Source: Lingula anatina (taxonomy: Eukaryota > Animalia > Brachiopoda). From it: a stretch of 64,000 nucleotides of DNA. Below the pieces are notes generated by a model that was given only the letters and a program-made list of their open reading frames with translations, did not search any database and was not told where the DNA came from. The number at the start of each line of letters is the position of its first letter. Positions within the stretch are counted from its first letter, which is position 1. A program made the translations under genes and the position numbers. The stretch covers positions 4,650,001-4,714,000 of the forward strand of contig CM120646.1 of the NCBI GenBank assembly GCA_051362555.1. Direction: 5' to 3'. Positions 1 through 12,900 of this stretch are shown here, piece by piece.

Positions 1-11
1 CCAGCACTTAC

Positions 12-28
12 CTGAAATTTTTTAGCAT
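12..28 (-). other. Possible first coding exon (MLKNF..) of a divergent neighbouring gene running off the window start
   Basis: Minus strand reads AAA ATG CTA AAA AAT TTC AG|GTAAGT, a perfect donor consensus, head-to-head with NFRKB across a locally CpG-richer 100-360 region. Too short to identify. Confidence 0.3.
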
Positions 29-906
29 TTTGTAGAGGCAAAACTTAAAACAAGCAGAACCGAAACTTGTCGAAGACTGCAACATGGGAAAATCATGTGA
101 CCGGATTTTACTCTTTGATTTACAACTTATTTAGTTAATGGCTTGTATTAGTTTTTTTACGCAGCGCTAAAAGAGAGATTTAAAAAAGGGGTTCCATAGG
201 CGAACTGTCAGCAGGCCGACTTCAGTTTAACACTTCACTGCCCGTGGACAGTTACGACTGTAGCGCCCCTAGCGGATTGTGATCTACCTACTCAAGGGGC
301 ATTGACACAGCTACGCTAAGCCTTAGCCTAAGCCTAAGCATGACCAAGCTCAGACCGGCTACTATTTTCTTGCGACTGTTTATTGACTATTTGCTATTTA
401 TCTAAGGTGAATAGTAAGGAATGAAACTAAGTAAAAGTAGTAACATGGCTCTCCATGCAAATTCAGACTGGTATGTGCTGCCAATACTAGTACTAAACTG
501 GAGTCTTATTAAACGTCTTCATTTAATGGCTCTACAGACTGAATCCTTCTAAAAACTATTGATCTGACTTTTTTGTTTATTTTTATAATATGCCCAGGAA
601 AATCTCATATCCTCATAGATTAGTTTGCCAGTGCAGTTATGCTTAAGGCATCTTTGAACAGCAGTTAGGCAGCAAATCTGAACTAGTACTCCAGTCTTTT
701 CTTACCTTAAATTTTATTTGGTTTGGGTAGATGACCTTACCTTACCTTAGCTTATAACTTAAAAAGTGTTAACTTGCTTGAACATGGTGACAGTCTGACA
801 TACCAGGTACTGAGGAAAATTATTACCTCTTGCATCAATAACTGAGTTCCAAAATTAATGAACCAAAACTTAAATATAGTTTTTTACTCCCATTTTAGAG
901 GGTGCA

Positions 907-3900
907 ATGTCAGATGAAGAAGAGATTGATATAGACACCCCTCAGGAAGAAGATGAGGATGCAGAAGAGGATGAGGAAGGAGTAGAAGAGGAAGGCGAGG
1001 AAGAGGAGGAGGAAGAAGAAGAAAATGAGGAAGATGAGGAAGAAACTCAACTCCCAGATGAAGAAGATGAGGATCAGACCCAAGATGTGACGGAGGAGGA
1101 AGAAGGAGAGGAGGAAGAAGAAGAGGAAGAGGATGGAGAAGAGATGCCACAGGTAACATGTCTGGTTGCTAGTGTAGGGCTTGTGGCAGTATGAAGAGAA
1201 TTGTGTGTCGTGGTATGGCCATTGCAAGGTTGAGGGAGATGAGATGCTTGTTTTTTTTAATAATTCTCCCATAGATTTTTTTTACATACAAGGTTGTCTC
1301 TAATGCAGAAACCCCCCTTAAAAAAACAAGTATTAGTCTATCTCATCCTGACAAGACCAGTTTTGTATTCCAAAACTGTTCTTTTGCATTATATCTTTTT
1401 TGTGTAATTACATTTTAAAACCTGATTGGGGATAGAATAATTCTAACTTGATATTCATATTCTCTCTTGTGCATCTTTTTATAACATTTTATAATTTTCT
1501 TAAACAATTAAATTACTGGATGATAATATAGTTTAAGATGATGCAAATAATTTCCAGGAAGAAGATGTTGATGGCGACATTACCATGGAAGCTGATGATG
1601 ACATTGACGAAGGTGACCTTGACCTAGATTCAGAAGAGGAGTCTTATACAGAGGAGCATGTTGCTATCAGAATGGAGGCTTGTGTTTTCAACAGAATGGA
1701 GCTGGACCTGCCTGTGGATATGATTCAGAAGGTGATTGTTACACCTGGCTGAATACTTTATATTGTTCTTCTTTTTGTTTCAGGCCTGCCCCTCCTAAGT
1801 GTTTGCCACAGCAGGTTATCTGTCTCCACCCACACAGGCCCAATCCCAACTCCTTCATATCCTCCTTGATTCCATCCATAAATCGTTTCCACGCCCTTGT
1901 TTTCTCTTTCCTGTTGGTTTCATTGGCAGCATTCTATGTCTCACATAATATTTTGTTTCTTTCCTCCATATGACATGCCTTGTCAGCGCAGCTTCCACTA
2001 CATTGCCTTGTCCCCATTCTTGTCGTCCCTAGATTATTTTCTGGATGTGGGTCATTAGCAAAGATTTCATATTAAAATAGTTTGGATTTTTATTTTCATA
2101 TTTTAGATTTGTTTTATTACTATCATTTCAACAGTATTGAATTCATAACATGCAAGACTCTGCAATTGTTATGTAAAATTCATATTTCATTACAACTCCT
2201 AGGAACATTTTTTCTTTTGGTACCAGTATTTTAAATTTTATGTGCTACATTATACTGTATTGTTTTGATTCCAGAAGGAAGTATTCAACCAAGTGTTCAG
2301 TGTGAAAATGTGGCAGGGACTGTCAGAAATGCAGAGGAGACATTTAATGGTATTGTTGCTATACTAGTAATCTGTGACAACTTTTTTGCAATTAGTTGCC
2401 AAGCTAAAACTAATTTTTGTTCAGTTGCAACAAACTTCAATCATTTTCTTGATAATATATTTTCAATATAACATTTGTAATTTTTGTTTGTTTTATAATT
2501 TACAATGATGTATCATTATTATTATTTTTTATCTTGAATTAATTGAAACTTTAACAATTTTTTTCTTTGTAGAAATTTCTCCCCAGTTTTGGTACAGATG
2601 ATATGAAGGAAAAACAGTCCACATTAAGGTAGGGAACAAACTTAGTCCAATTTTAAATGATATTCTTAGTTGCATGACCAAATTAGCAGGAATTGGCAAA
2701 TTATGTTTCAAGTTTTGACTAAAAAAGTACTTACAGAGCTGTGACCTCTGCCAAAGCAGCTCAGATTTAGCACTTAAATTAATTCATTTATTGATTACAG
2801 CCAAGAAATTAAAGTTATTAATTGTAGGTGGGTCCATTTTTGAGGGATCCTGAAACTTTTAAACAAAATTGTGGCTTTTGCATTAAGGCTGTAAACAAGC
2901 AAATCAACAAATTTTAAGGCTAGAACATCACTTCCCAGGCAAAGGTAAATAATGAACTAACCTTAATCTCATGTCATATAATATTTCATACTTTGTAAAC
3001 TTGATTGTAAATTGTTAAGACTTCAGATTCAAATTCGGATATTCTCCATTGCAGAAAACTCTTTCACAGAGAAAATTTCAAGTTCGGAAACCCTATTCAG
3101 AAGTTTCAAGCTGATCTTAAAGGTAAGTAAGGTGTATTCACCATATTGATTAAAAAATTAATTAATATATGGAAAAAGCTTATTGTCTTTTTGAAAAACA
3201 ATATACTCTGATTCAATTTAGACTTACAAATTTTGAAAAATTAATGGAATACTTTTTTACATTTATATCAGCTCAACTGTAAGAGTTATTTGTGCAACAT
3301 TACGAATAATATATGCAAACTGGTATAATTTGATAAATTGACAGCTATTAAAAAAAATCAATATTTTTCAGCTGGTTTGTTCTCCCCTGACATTGCCAAG
3401 TACAGAACCCTGTTTAAGAAGGCCAAGTACAAAGAATACATCTACCAGCAGCAGGAGTATTACACCAAGCTGCTGAAGGACATCCTGGTGTCCAGACAGG
3501 TGGGTCAGATGGTCAGCTGGGTGATCACTCTGGCCAGTAGAAAGCCAGTGTTTAAATTATTGATGTTTTGATTGATAGGTGTTGGTTTATTTGAGTGACT
3601 TGTGAATGAATACCATTTATACAAGTAATACTGCACGCAATATTTTCTTTTTTTTTCTTTTACTTTTTAAACCCAGCCCCAGTGGGCTTATAAGTCACTG
3701 TTTTTTTCCCTATATTAAACAATTTTTATAAAACTAATAATGATAAGAGGATACAGTGTCATACCCACACAACATTGTTTATAATTTTCATAAAGGATTG
3801 TATATTGAATAATATTTTGCTTTTTGATATTTGATTGCAGAGAGTGTTAGAACAGCTCGGAAGCTTGACTCCCGATGAAAAGTTGAAGCCGCTGCCTAGA

Positions 3901-6900
3901 GTTTCTGTTCCTCCTAAAGAAAAGAGCATGAATTATAGGATGAGGAAGAAATATCAGAGGTACATGAGAGTGGCACTGGATTTTAAGATGTTTTTGTTCT
4001 TGTTTGTTGTTTGTTGACAGGCAAATTAACAATGTTATGAACAGGTTTTGATAAAATTTCCAGGATGGGTAAAATAGGCTAACTGACCATTTTACATTTA
4101 TTTAGCATACTGAAGTCAGTACAAGAGACGTGTAATGCTGATCCCTTGAAAATTTATGATTCAGAAAAGATTTTTATAATATTGCCAAGATGGTTCATTT
4201 AAATATACAAGGCTAATATAGCATTCTAAATATGTTTAGCATACTGAAGTCAGTACAAGAGAAGTGTAAGCTAATGTTCATGAGTAATGAACAGATTCTA
4301 TAACATTTCCAGGATGGGTAAAAATATGCTAATTTATACCATTTTGAATAATTTGTAGCATCCTGAAGTCAGTACAAGAAGAATGCAATGCTGATGCCTC
4401 ATCAGAAGAAGAGGATGCCATTACTGTGCCTGGTATTCACATGAGAAGACAACTGCTGAGTCCATCCAAACAACAGGACACACAACAGCAGACTTCTGGG
4501 GTTATATCCACTTTGTCACCCAAACCAGGGAAAGGTGAGGAATAAAGTTTTTTTTCTCGTTTCTTACCAGTTATCTGTACACTGTTTATAAAATATTTTA
4601 GGTAATGTCTACTTTGTCACTAAAACCAGTGAAAGATACTACTGGGGGATTTTTTTATCGCCCCTAATACATTTAATACAGCAGTGTGCCAGGAAGAATC
4701 AAGTTGATTTACTCAAAAGTGATGTTGTTGGTCTCTTGAAACATTGCCAACAGTGTGTTGCATTATTTTTTCATTGGATTCCTAGGAGTGGAGAGAAGTA
4801 CAAGTCCTATAACAGTGGATGATGAAGATCTGAAAGCTTTGGTCAGGAAACACAGGAAGAGAAGGCTTGAAAATGAGGTATGTAAGCTACACTATTTATA
4901 TTATAATAACAATAAGATAGAAAAAGTGGTAAAGTTGGGACATCAATAGCATGGTCTAGATACTTCACTTTCCAAATCCAATTTAAGGTGGACAGGTTGT
5001 ATTTTTCTATAAAAGATAAGCCTTTCAAAAGAAAAAAATGAAATAAAAAGACTTAAACACTGATGTAAATGCATATAGTAATTCACATACTTTCCCCTGT
5101 GGTAGGACTCTCCCGACTTGGACACAAGAGGCATTACACTACAAGACATCATAGTGAGAACACAACCCAATAACAAGAGACTGCTCAAGTTACATGAGGC
5201 TGCTCTGACAGCAGAACAAGGTGAGCACTAACAAGGCTGATATGTAGCATGTATCTGTAGCAAATATCTGTTTTATGCATTTTCAGTTGAATAATGCTAA
5301 TAGATTCCTAAGTGCAACCACTATATATTCTTCTCACACAATGCCTGAAAACCTTTTAGGCTTCCGAGTGGCCAGACTTGTCAATTTCCACTAAAATTGT
5401 CCCAACCTATTAACAGTGCTCACAGTTTCTGACAGGCAAACAACATTTTATGCTTTTAAAGCAGTATAGTCATAGATATATTGAAATAAGAAAAGAGAAA
5501 CTATTATAACTTGTTTACCATAAATGTATTTGACATATCATTTTTAATTTTCATTTTGAATAGATTTAATAGCAGTCTTAGAATTTGATCATGATAATTC
5601 TTAATAGCTGAAGAAAAATACTTTATTTGTTTTAAGTCAGCTTTTGTAGAAATTGATTTTTAAATGGAATTAACATTAATATAACAATTTATAAGGCCCA
5701 GCAGTACAAATGAAGATGGCAGTCCCAAGAAAACCACGGGCAGACGACAAGGAGAGGAAAAAGAAACGCCTCAAGCTGAAGATTCCAAAGCCAGGAGAGG
5801 CTCCTCTTGGCCAACAAATGCCTCCAGGTGGTGCTGGTGTAAAGGAGACAGATGAGTATGACTTCAGTAGTGACATGGGACCAGCCTTTGGACATCCATA
5901 CGCACAGTAAGTGATGAGATGCCATTATAACTGTTCTGAATCATGTTTGAATCAATAAGTGATGTAATTATTTGAATTGTGATAGATATATTGAATGATG
6001 GTATACATGATCACAATTAACAGGAAATATTTGTAAGGGGAATTTCTTGATTGTTCTTAAGGTTCCTAAAAATAGAATCTACATGTGCCAGTGCTCAAGT
6101 ATTGTTAGGATGAGTAGCGATAAGTAAAATATTAATCTAATAACACAGCAAAATTGTAGTTAATTTCAGATGATATTTTCACCTTTTTCATCAATTTCAA
6201 ATTATTTTTCCAGACCAGTTGTGAAAAGAAACTTTGGTGTTTATGCCAGTTTCTTCAGCCTGTTAAGAGACTTTATTTCTGAGAGTTCAGAAAGTAAAGT
6301 TACCACTACAAAGGTAATTCATGTTGTTCATACTACTAATGGAGACTGTTTAACAGTAACACAGGTCCCTATATTTATTTCCCTATAGATAAAAAAAAAG
6401 TACGAGCACTGTATTGATACCTCCTCTGGTGACTGAAAAAATACTGAAACAGAAAAAGGCGTTTTTACCCTAAAACATTTTCTGGAAGATTTTGTACCAA
6501 GAGTCTCAAATATATAAGTTCTGTGAAGAATATACTAAGGTTACTATGTATCCTTATACATAAAAGTTTTTGCTTTTATTCTTTTATGGTCACAGTAATG
6601 CTCTTTTTCTGTGCTTTAATTGCAGCTGGAGCAGCAAGTGTTGGAGTGGCAGAATTCCCCCAGTAGTAAACTCAATGTTTGGGTTTCCATGGAGAAGAAC
6701 TGGGTGGAGTTGGTGTCATCTGCTCTCAAGTTTCTCTCAGGAGATATCTTGGGTAAGTTTGAGTCTAATGGGGGTTAATTTTTACCCAGCTTTACTTCAA
6801 GTCAGTCTTATAAAATATTCATGTAAACCATTTCAGGTTGATAATACTGTCCCACACAGTGTGAATCACACACTTTTGTAAAGATATTTAATTGAAGATC

Positions 6901-9900
6901 TTTAATTGCCAATACTTTAAAAATTTGTAAACAGTGAGATAAAATGAGTTGTCATAAAATTTGATCATGAGTTAATACTGCTGTCCTCATGCATAAAAAT
7001 GCAGTCTGATGAGTTTGATTTAAATTGGTCATTCAGGTCTAACATTAGAAAAGTTCATTCCATTGGTTGACTTCAAAGAACGTGCCCAGATCTGGAAGTG
7101 GATAGGTCAAGGTCATGATAATGATGCATATTTGACAATGCTGTGCACTCATTGGCTGGAGCAGAGAAAGCAGAGTATTCTGGAGTCTGGTGATGCCAAT
7201 GATGAGGTGCCACCTGCCAGAGTGTAAGTTTACAAGATTTGAGATTCTTCTAAATATAAACTGCATACTTCATCAGGCACAATATATTATGATATGTTGT
7301 CTGATTTTAAGAAGAACACTTTAAAAAATGGAGAAAACAATTATATGACATCTGCAGAAAGGCAAATGTGTTTAAATTTTATAAAAGTTTTTTCTTCAGT
7401 TATTTTGGTTTGCCAAGGTGATGCATTTTTTTCAGACTGTTAAATACAAGTTATTGGACCCCTGAAGTAATTTAAGAGAAAATAATTTATATTTCACAAT
7501 AATTTCTGCCAGTTGTGCAGCAACAAAATTATTATCATGCTATTATGCACACTGCTGTTTACTATAAGATACTGTATAACCTTGTTGTAGACTATAAAAG
7601 GGAATGTGCTAAACAAAGAATGTGCTTAGTATTTAACATCTCAGGCTTTCTTATTTTCTTTTAGGAAAACTGATTTTGTGGTGAGGCCAACCACAGACAT
7701 GGAGAAGGTTGTGTTCAGGGCACAGGTAGGTGTTTACTGCAGTTTAATATGTATTTATGAAATTAAAAAATATATATTGTGTGGATTATCCATGGAGCAA
7801 ATATATCTCTGACTTTGATTTCTGACATTTTGTATAAGTTGTAAAAATTTATGTTTCTTCTCATGGCGGAAGCATTTGCTGACATGAACACTATTCTTAG
7901 ACAAGGTTATGGACTTTAAAAGTGTGAGATAAAAATCAACTGACTGCATTTATTTTTAGGAGTTGGAAAGGTTTTCCAGCCCCCATAAAGCCTTCACATA
8001 CAAGCTGCATGGCTATGAGTCCACAGTGGGGCCTGTGAAGGGGGTCTACAATAAAGAGAGTCCTATGAACAAAGCCAGAGAACACAACCTCCTAGTAAAC
8101 GAGAGACCTGCTTATGTGACTATTTTAACATTGGGTAAGTGAAAGGACCTGTTGGTATTATTGTCTTCCTGGACAGTCAGTGATACATGGATTTAAAATT
8201 TTCCTTGAGCTTGATCATCTAGCTGTATGTTATTCACAACAGATTATCCAGAAATGAATTGACCACATTTATCATAGTATTAAAGAAAGAAACTAATCCT
8301 GGCTTCATACATTTTGTCTTTTTACAATAAATTGCCTAAGTAGTCTTCATAAATAGCAGCTATATATTCCTGTCTCTTTCCTTATTAGTGCGTGACTCGG
8401 CAGCGAGACTGCCCAACGGAGAAGGAACCAGGGCAGACATATGTGAGCTCCTCAAAGATTCTCAGTTTCTCTCACCAGGGGTCTCTGATGCACAGGTAAA
8501 ACAAGGGGCTTCAACAAAGCAGTGCATCATTTTAGTCAATTTCCCGATCTTTTGATATGCAATGGAAGAATCCCAGGGTCATTTAATCACAAGATTTATC
8601 ATGAAATTTGTTTTAAATCCCAGTGCTGTATTAAGACCATTGTTAATACTCCAGTTAATAAAAAGGAATAGGAAATTTATGAATAATAGTGCTTCTTTCT
8701 CTTAGATTCCAAAGATCATAGTTGAATTAAACTTGAGACTAATTTATCCACTTCACTTGGATAAAAGTCTGTTTTAGGCACATTGAAGTTGTCCATAACA
8801 TAATGTATGGGTAAAGTGTTTGGTTCATCCAGCTGCATTTTTAATCAGAATAAAAACTGAAAATTAATTCTCACACTGGACACTCCCATTGACATTTATT
8901 ACTAGATGAAGTCTGTGGGACACAATATGAGAGTTAATCTTAAATGTTGATGTTGTAACCTATGAGCTGGTGTCTTCTCAGGTGAATACAGTAGTCAGTG
9001 GAGCCCTGGACAGACTGCACTATGAGAAGGACCCCTGTGTGAAATATGATGTCAACAGGAAGCTGTGGATATATCTACACAGGAGCAGGTCGGAGGAGGA
9101 ATTTGGTGGGTGTTTTGAGTGCTACAGTGCTATGTTTTTTTTTTTTTATATTTTTGGTCAACTTGAAAACTACTTTCAACTTGGTGACATCATCAGTGTA
9201 AAATGATCGAGGATGTCGGTACATGGATGGAAGGGCTCAGAAAAAGTTTCAGATATTTGAGGCATGAGCATCAGTTGTAAAAGTTTAAAATGATTAAGTA
9301 TTGAGTTTTTTGTTATTATCAATGTTAAAGATATGTTAAAAGTTATAAAAATTTCACCCACTCCCACATTTCTTTAATTTTGTGTCTGCCAGATTTTCTC
9401 AGGGATAATAAGGTCATATGTTTTGACAGGAGAACAATATGCTTGCTATTTGGGAAAACTCTGCTAGAGAATTACCGAGCCACATTAAAATAAATACTGT
9501 TTCTTATTTGGTAAAGTTGGAATGTTCTCCTTTGTCACAGAAGAAGTTGTATTATGAGGCATAAATAAAAGGATATAAATTTTATTAAGAGTCTATTAAA
9601 TTGTATAGCTATTTCATATACTATTGACATAGGCAGTCATGTCTTTATGGTGTATTTCAGAGTTAATCCACCAAGCCCATGGTGCTGCTGCTAAAGCCAA
9701 GAGAGCAATGCAGAAACCAAAGGCAACTAAATCAGTAAGTAGGCTGCTTACCTAATCACATTTTCGTACTTTTATCATAGCCCCATTTTCATGCTTGACC
9801 TATGACCTATAGACCTATTATTTTTTAAGCAAAAAATTTTTTAAAAATACATCATTTTCTCTGATAGAACATGGCTTAATGCCAATGGCTGTAACAGTCA

Positions 9901-12900
9901 CTTAACTGTTTATTTTTTTTTATATAAAATCTCTATTTTGACAGCCAAGGGCTCTGAAACAGCCACAAATCTATTTCATTTATTTAAAAATCACTTTTGA
10001 TGGAGCCAAAGAGCCTGTGACAGCCGGTTAACATATTTTCCAAAAATCTCTCTCCAGAGAGCCAAGGAGCCGACCACAGTGACCACCATTCCCCCTCCCC
10101 AGACCCAGGCAGCTGAGGATGCGGCAGCAGTGGAGGCTCTGTTCCAGGGACAGGTACCTGCCTCCCAGGCCAATAGCCCCAGGGTGGTCACACTGACCCC
10201 AGGGATGGTGAGGATGACCCCACCCTCTCCACAGACCACACAGGTTAGTAGTGTAGATTAAGAGATGTGTCTGAGAGGGATGGGTTGGGGTGGTGACTGG
10301 GAAAGAGTTAAAAGAATAGGAGAAAAATCTCAGAGGCTGTAAAAGAATAAAATAATTCCCGTCCACCCTTATGTATAGCTAAGATCCATAGTTTTATTTT
10401 ATAATATGATTAATTTAATGTCAGTTTACTCAGTAAGCGTTGAATGCCATGTTAACTTGAATGTTGAGAAATGATCATTACAACCAAATGTCCCTTTCGT
10501 ATATCAAAAGTTGTTTGTATGGTGAAAAATGTGAAATTTTCATTATCATTATATTTTGATGTGGAACAAGCTGTGAAATTTTAAGATCAGTAAATTTTAA
10601 TTGAAATGTAGAGCTTTGAATTCTGAAGTTATCTTACATATCCTTTCACAGGCCAGTCAGCGAGGCATGGAGACAGTCTTCCTCCAGCCAGGACAGAGGT
10701 TTGCTCCCCAGGGGATGATATCCCAGAGCCAGCCCGGGGCAGCACCTTCTTCCGGGACACCCACTCAGTCCCTGTACCAGATTGGAGGTCAGCGGATGAC
10801 TTCCAGTCCCAGACAGACTGTGGTGGGAAATAAACCGTACTCATACAGCATAGTACAGAGTCAGGGACTTCCGGGCCAGGGTAGCCCCCAGACTGCAGGC
10901 AAGACTGTCTTGGTGACACAGCCGCACCCTGGTGGTAGTCCACAACAACAGTTGCAGACCAGTCCACGGGCAGTGTCTGCTAGTCCTACTGTAGGGGTAG
11001 GTGGACTAGTGTTTTACTTTGTTTAACTGTGTGTAAGGTTTTTGTAATAATTAAAAGTAATGTTAAATAATATTTGGAGTTGTTTGTAAAGTTTCTGTCA
11101 GAGTCTGTTATGTGTGTTGTTGTTGTTGTTGTTATTATTATTATATTTATGAAAAGAATTTTTTTAAATATATTTAAAGATTTTTAATCATTTATTGGTA
11201 AAAGTAATAAGGCACTTAAAGTAAATTGGTGATTTTCCACTCTATACAGTCAATGCACACACATTGTGAATTAAAGTACTATATATTGTTTTCTTCAACT
11301 CAGAGTCATAGTCAGTCCTGACAGTAACCTCTGTATTGTTTTATTCTCTCCCAGGTGACCTCCCAGCCCAGCACCCCTACTACCACCCCCAGCAGCTCCA
11401 GCCCTAAGCCCAGTCCTGCCACCTCCTCTGGTGCCTCCAGCCCTCTCATAGCCAGAATAGTACAACAGGGACCCAGGGGAACACAGGTACAGGTTTTAAT
11501 ACATTAATTTAATCTACCCTCTGAGAAACATTATACCCTCTGTTATTATTATGAGTAGTTTTATTATCATTATGAGAGGGACACAGTTTAAGTATTATTT
11601 TGTAACTGGGGACTCCCTGGAGCACAGTTGGAGATTTAATTTAATTTTAATTAATCTTGTCTCTAGAAAATATTTAGGTTTATACTTAAATTTACTAATA
11701 ATCTAGTCTGTCTAGAAAATATTTACTTTTTTATCTTCTATTATTATTCTAATAATTATTATTATAAAAGGGGCAAAAGTTTCTTGTTGCTTTAGCAGTA
11801 ATTATCTGAAAGCCAAAAGAGCATTAATTTTGTATCAATAAGTTTTGGCAGGGAGAAGATAAACTCACTTAAGTTAACTTTGATGTTCTTTTCAGCTGAT
11901 GTCAGTAGGGAATCTCTTAGCAGCTGTTCAGAAACAGCAAAGTGCCCCACAGGGACAGGGGGCTACTACTATCAAAATACAAGGTATTATACTATAGCTA
12001 ATATTGTCTCTTATGACAATTACAAAGTGAAAAAAATGTCTCAGTGGGGAAAAAGAAGTTTTAAAGAGTTATTTTGTTAAAACAGCCAAAAAAAAATACC
12101 CTAAAGAAAAGAATAATTATATTTTGATTAAAGATTGGTTGTGTATTTTTGCACTTAATCAATATTTCATTAACCTTTGAATATACAGAAAAACTCCTAT
12201 ATAATCTTCTGCATCCTTCTAGGTACCAACATTGTCCACCAGGTGTCGGGCAAGCCCACTCATGTGATCAGTGGCGGGAAGCCAGGTGGCTCCACTGCAG
12301 GTGGTGGAAAACCAATAACGCTGACTCATGTAGGTGGTAAGCCGGCCACTCTGTTACAGCCTGGTGGGAAACCTGCCACAGTGCTCATGTCTTCCATGGC
12401 CAGGAACACTTCTGGGGGAAAACCAACACAGATTGTTTACTCTGCAGGTTGGTTTTTAACCTTTTTTTTATTCTAAAATTTCCCCACAGGTCAAAAATGG
12501 CATTTAACTTTTAAAAAATGAGTAATGTAGCTGTTTAAGCATCTTTTAGAATAATCTAAAGGCAGTCAGTTTGTAATGATTTTGAGAAATGAGAAATTTG
12601 AAAAAGATCTCATTTCTCCTCCTCCAGGTAAACCAGGTCAGATGGGAGGCAAGCCCCTCACCATGGTAACCCAGATAGGTGGGAAGCCTGTTGCCATAGC
12701 AACTCAGTCACCAGAGAAACAGCAGCCAGTGACAGGCCAGACTAGGATGGTGATGGGAGGAAAACCTGTGCAGATTGGAGGTGAGTGTGTGCCGTGTGTG
12801 ACAGATCAGACCAGGGAAGGAGAAAAAAATACTTTGTGGAGAACAATGTAAAGTTTAAATATTTAACATATTGTGTGGTCCATTAAATAAGAAACTTTTA

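Noticed and set aside
261-276. CTCF-like motif TAGCGCCCCTAGCGG
   Set aside because: One base shorter than the CTCF core spacing, so it cannot be called from sequence alone.
884-1272. Minus-strand Leu/Pro- and Phe/Leu-rich ORFs that look like membrane proteins
   Set aside because: Antisense shadows of the GAA/GAG-rich acidic NFRKB exon.
1784-1814. 31-nt candidate poison exon in NFRKB intron 2 (strong acceptor, in-frame TAA, CAG|GTTAT)
   Set aside because: The upstream intron would be only 52 nt and the donor is weak; no support without transcripts.
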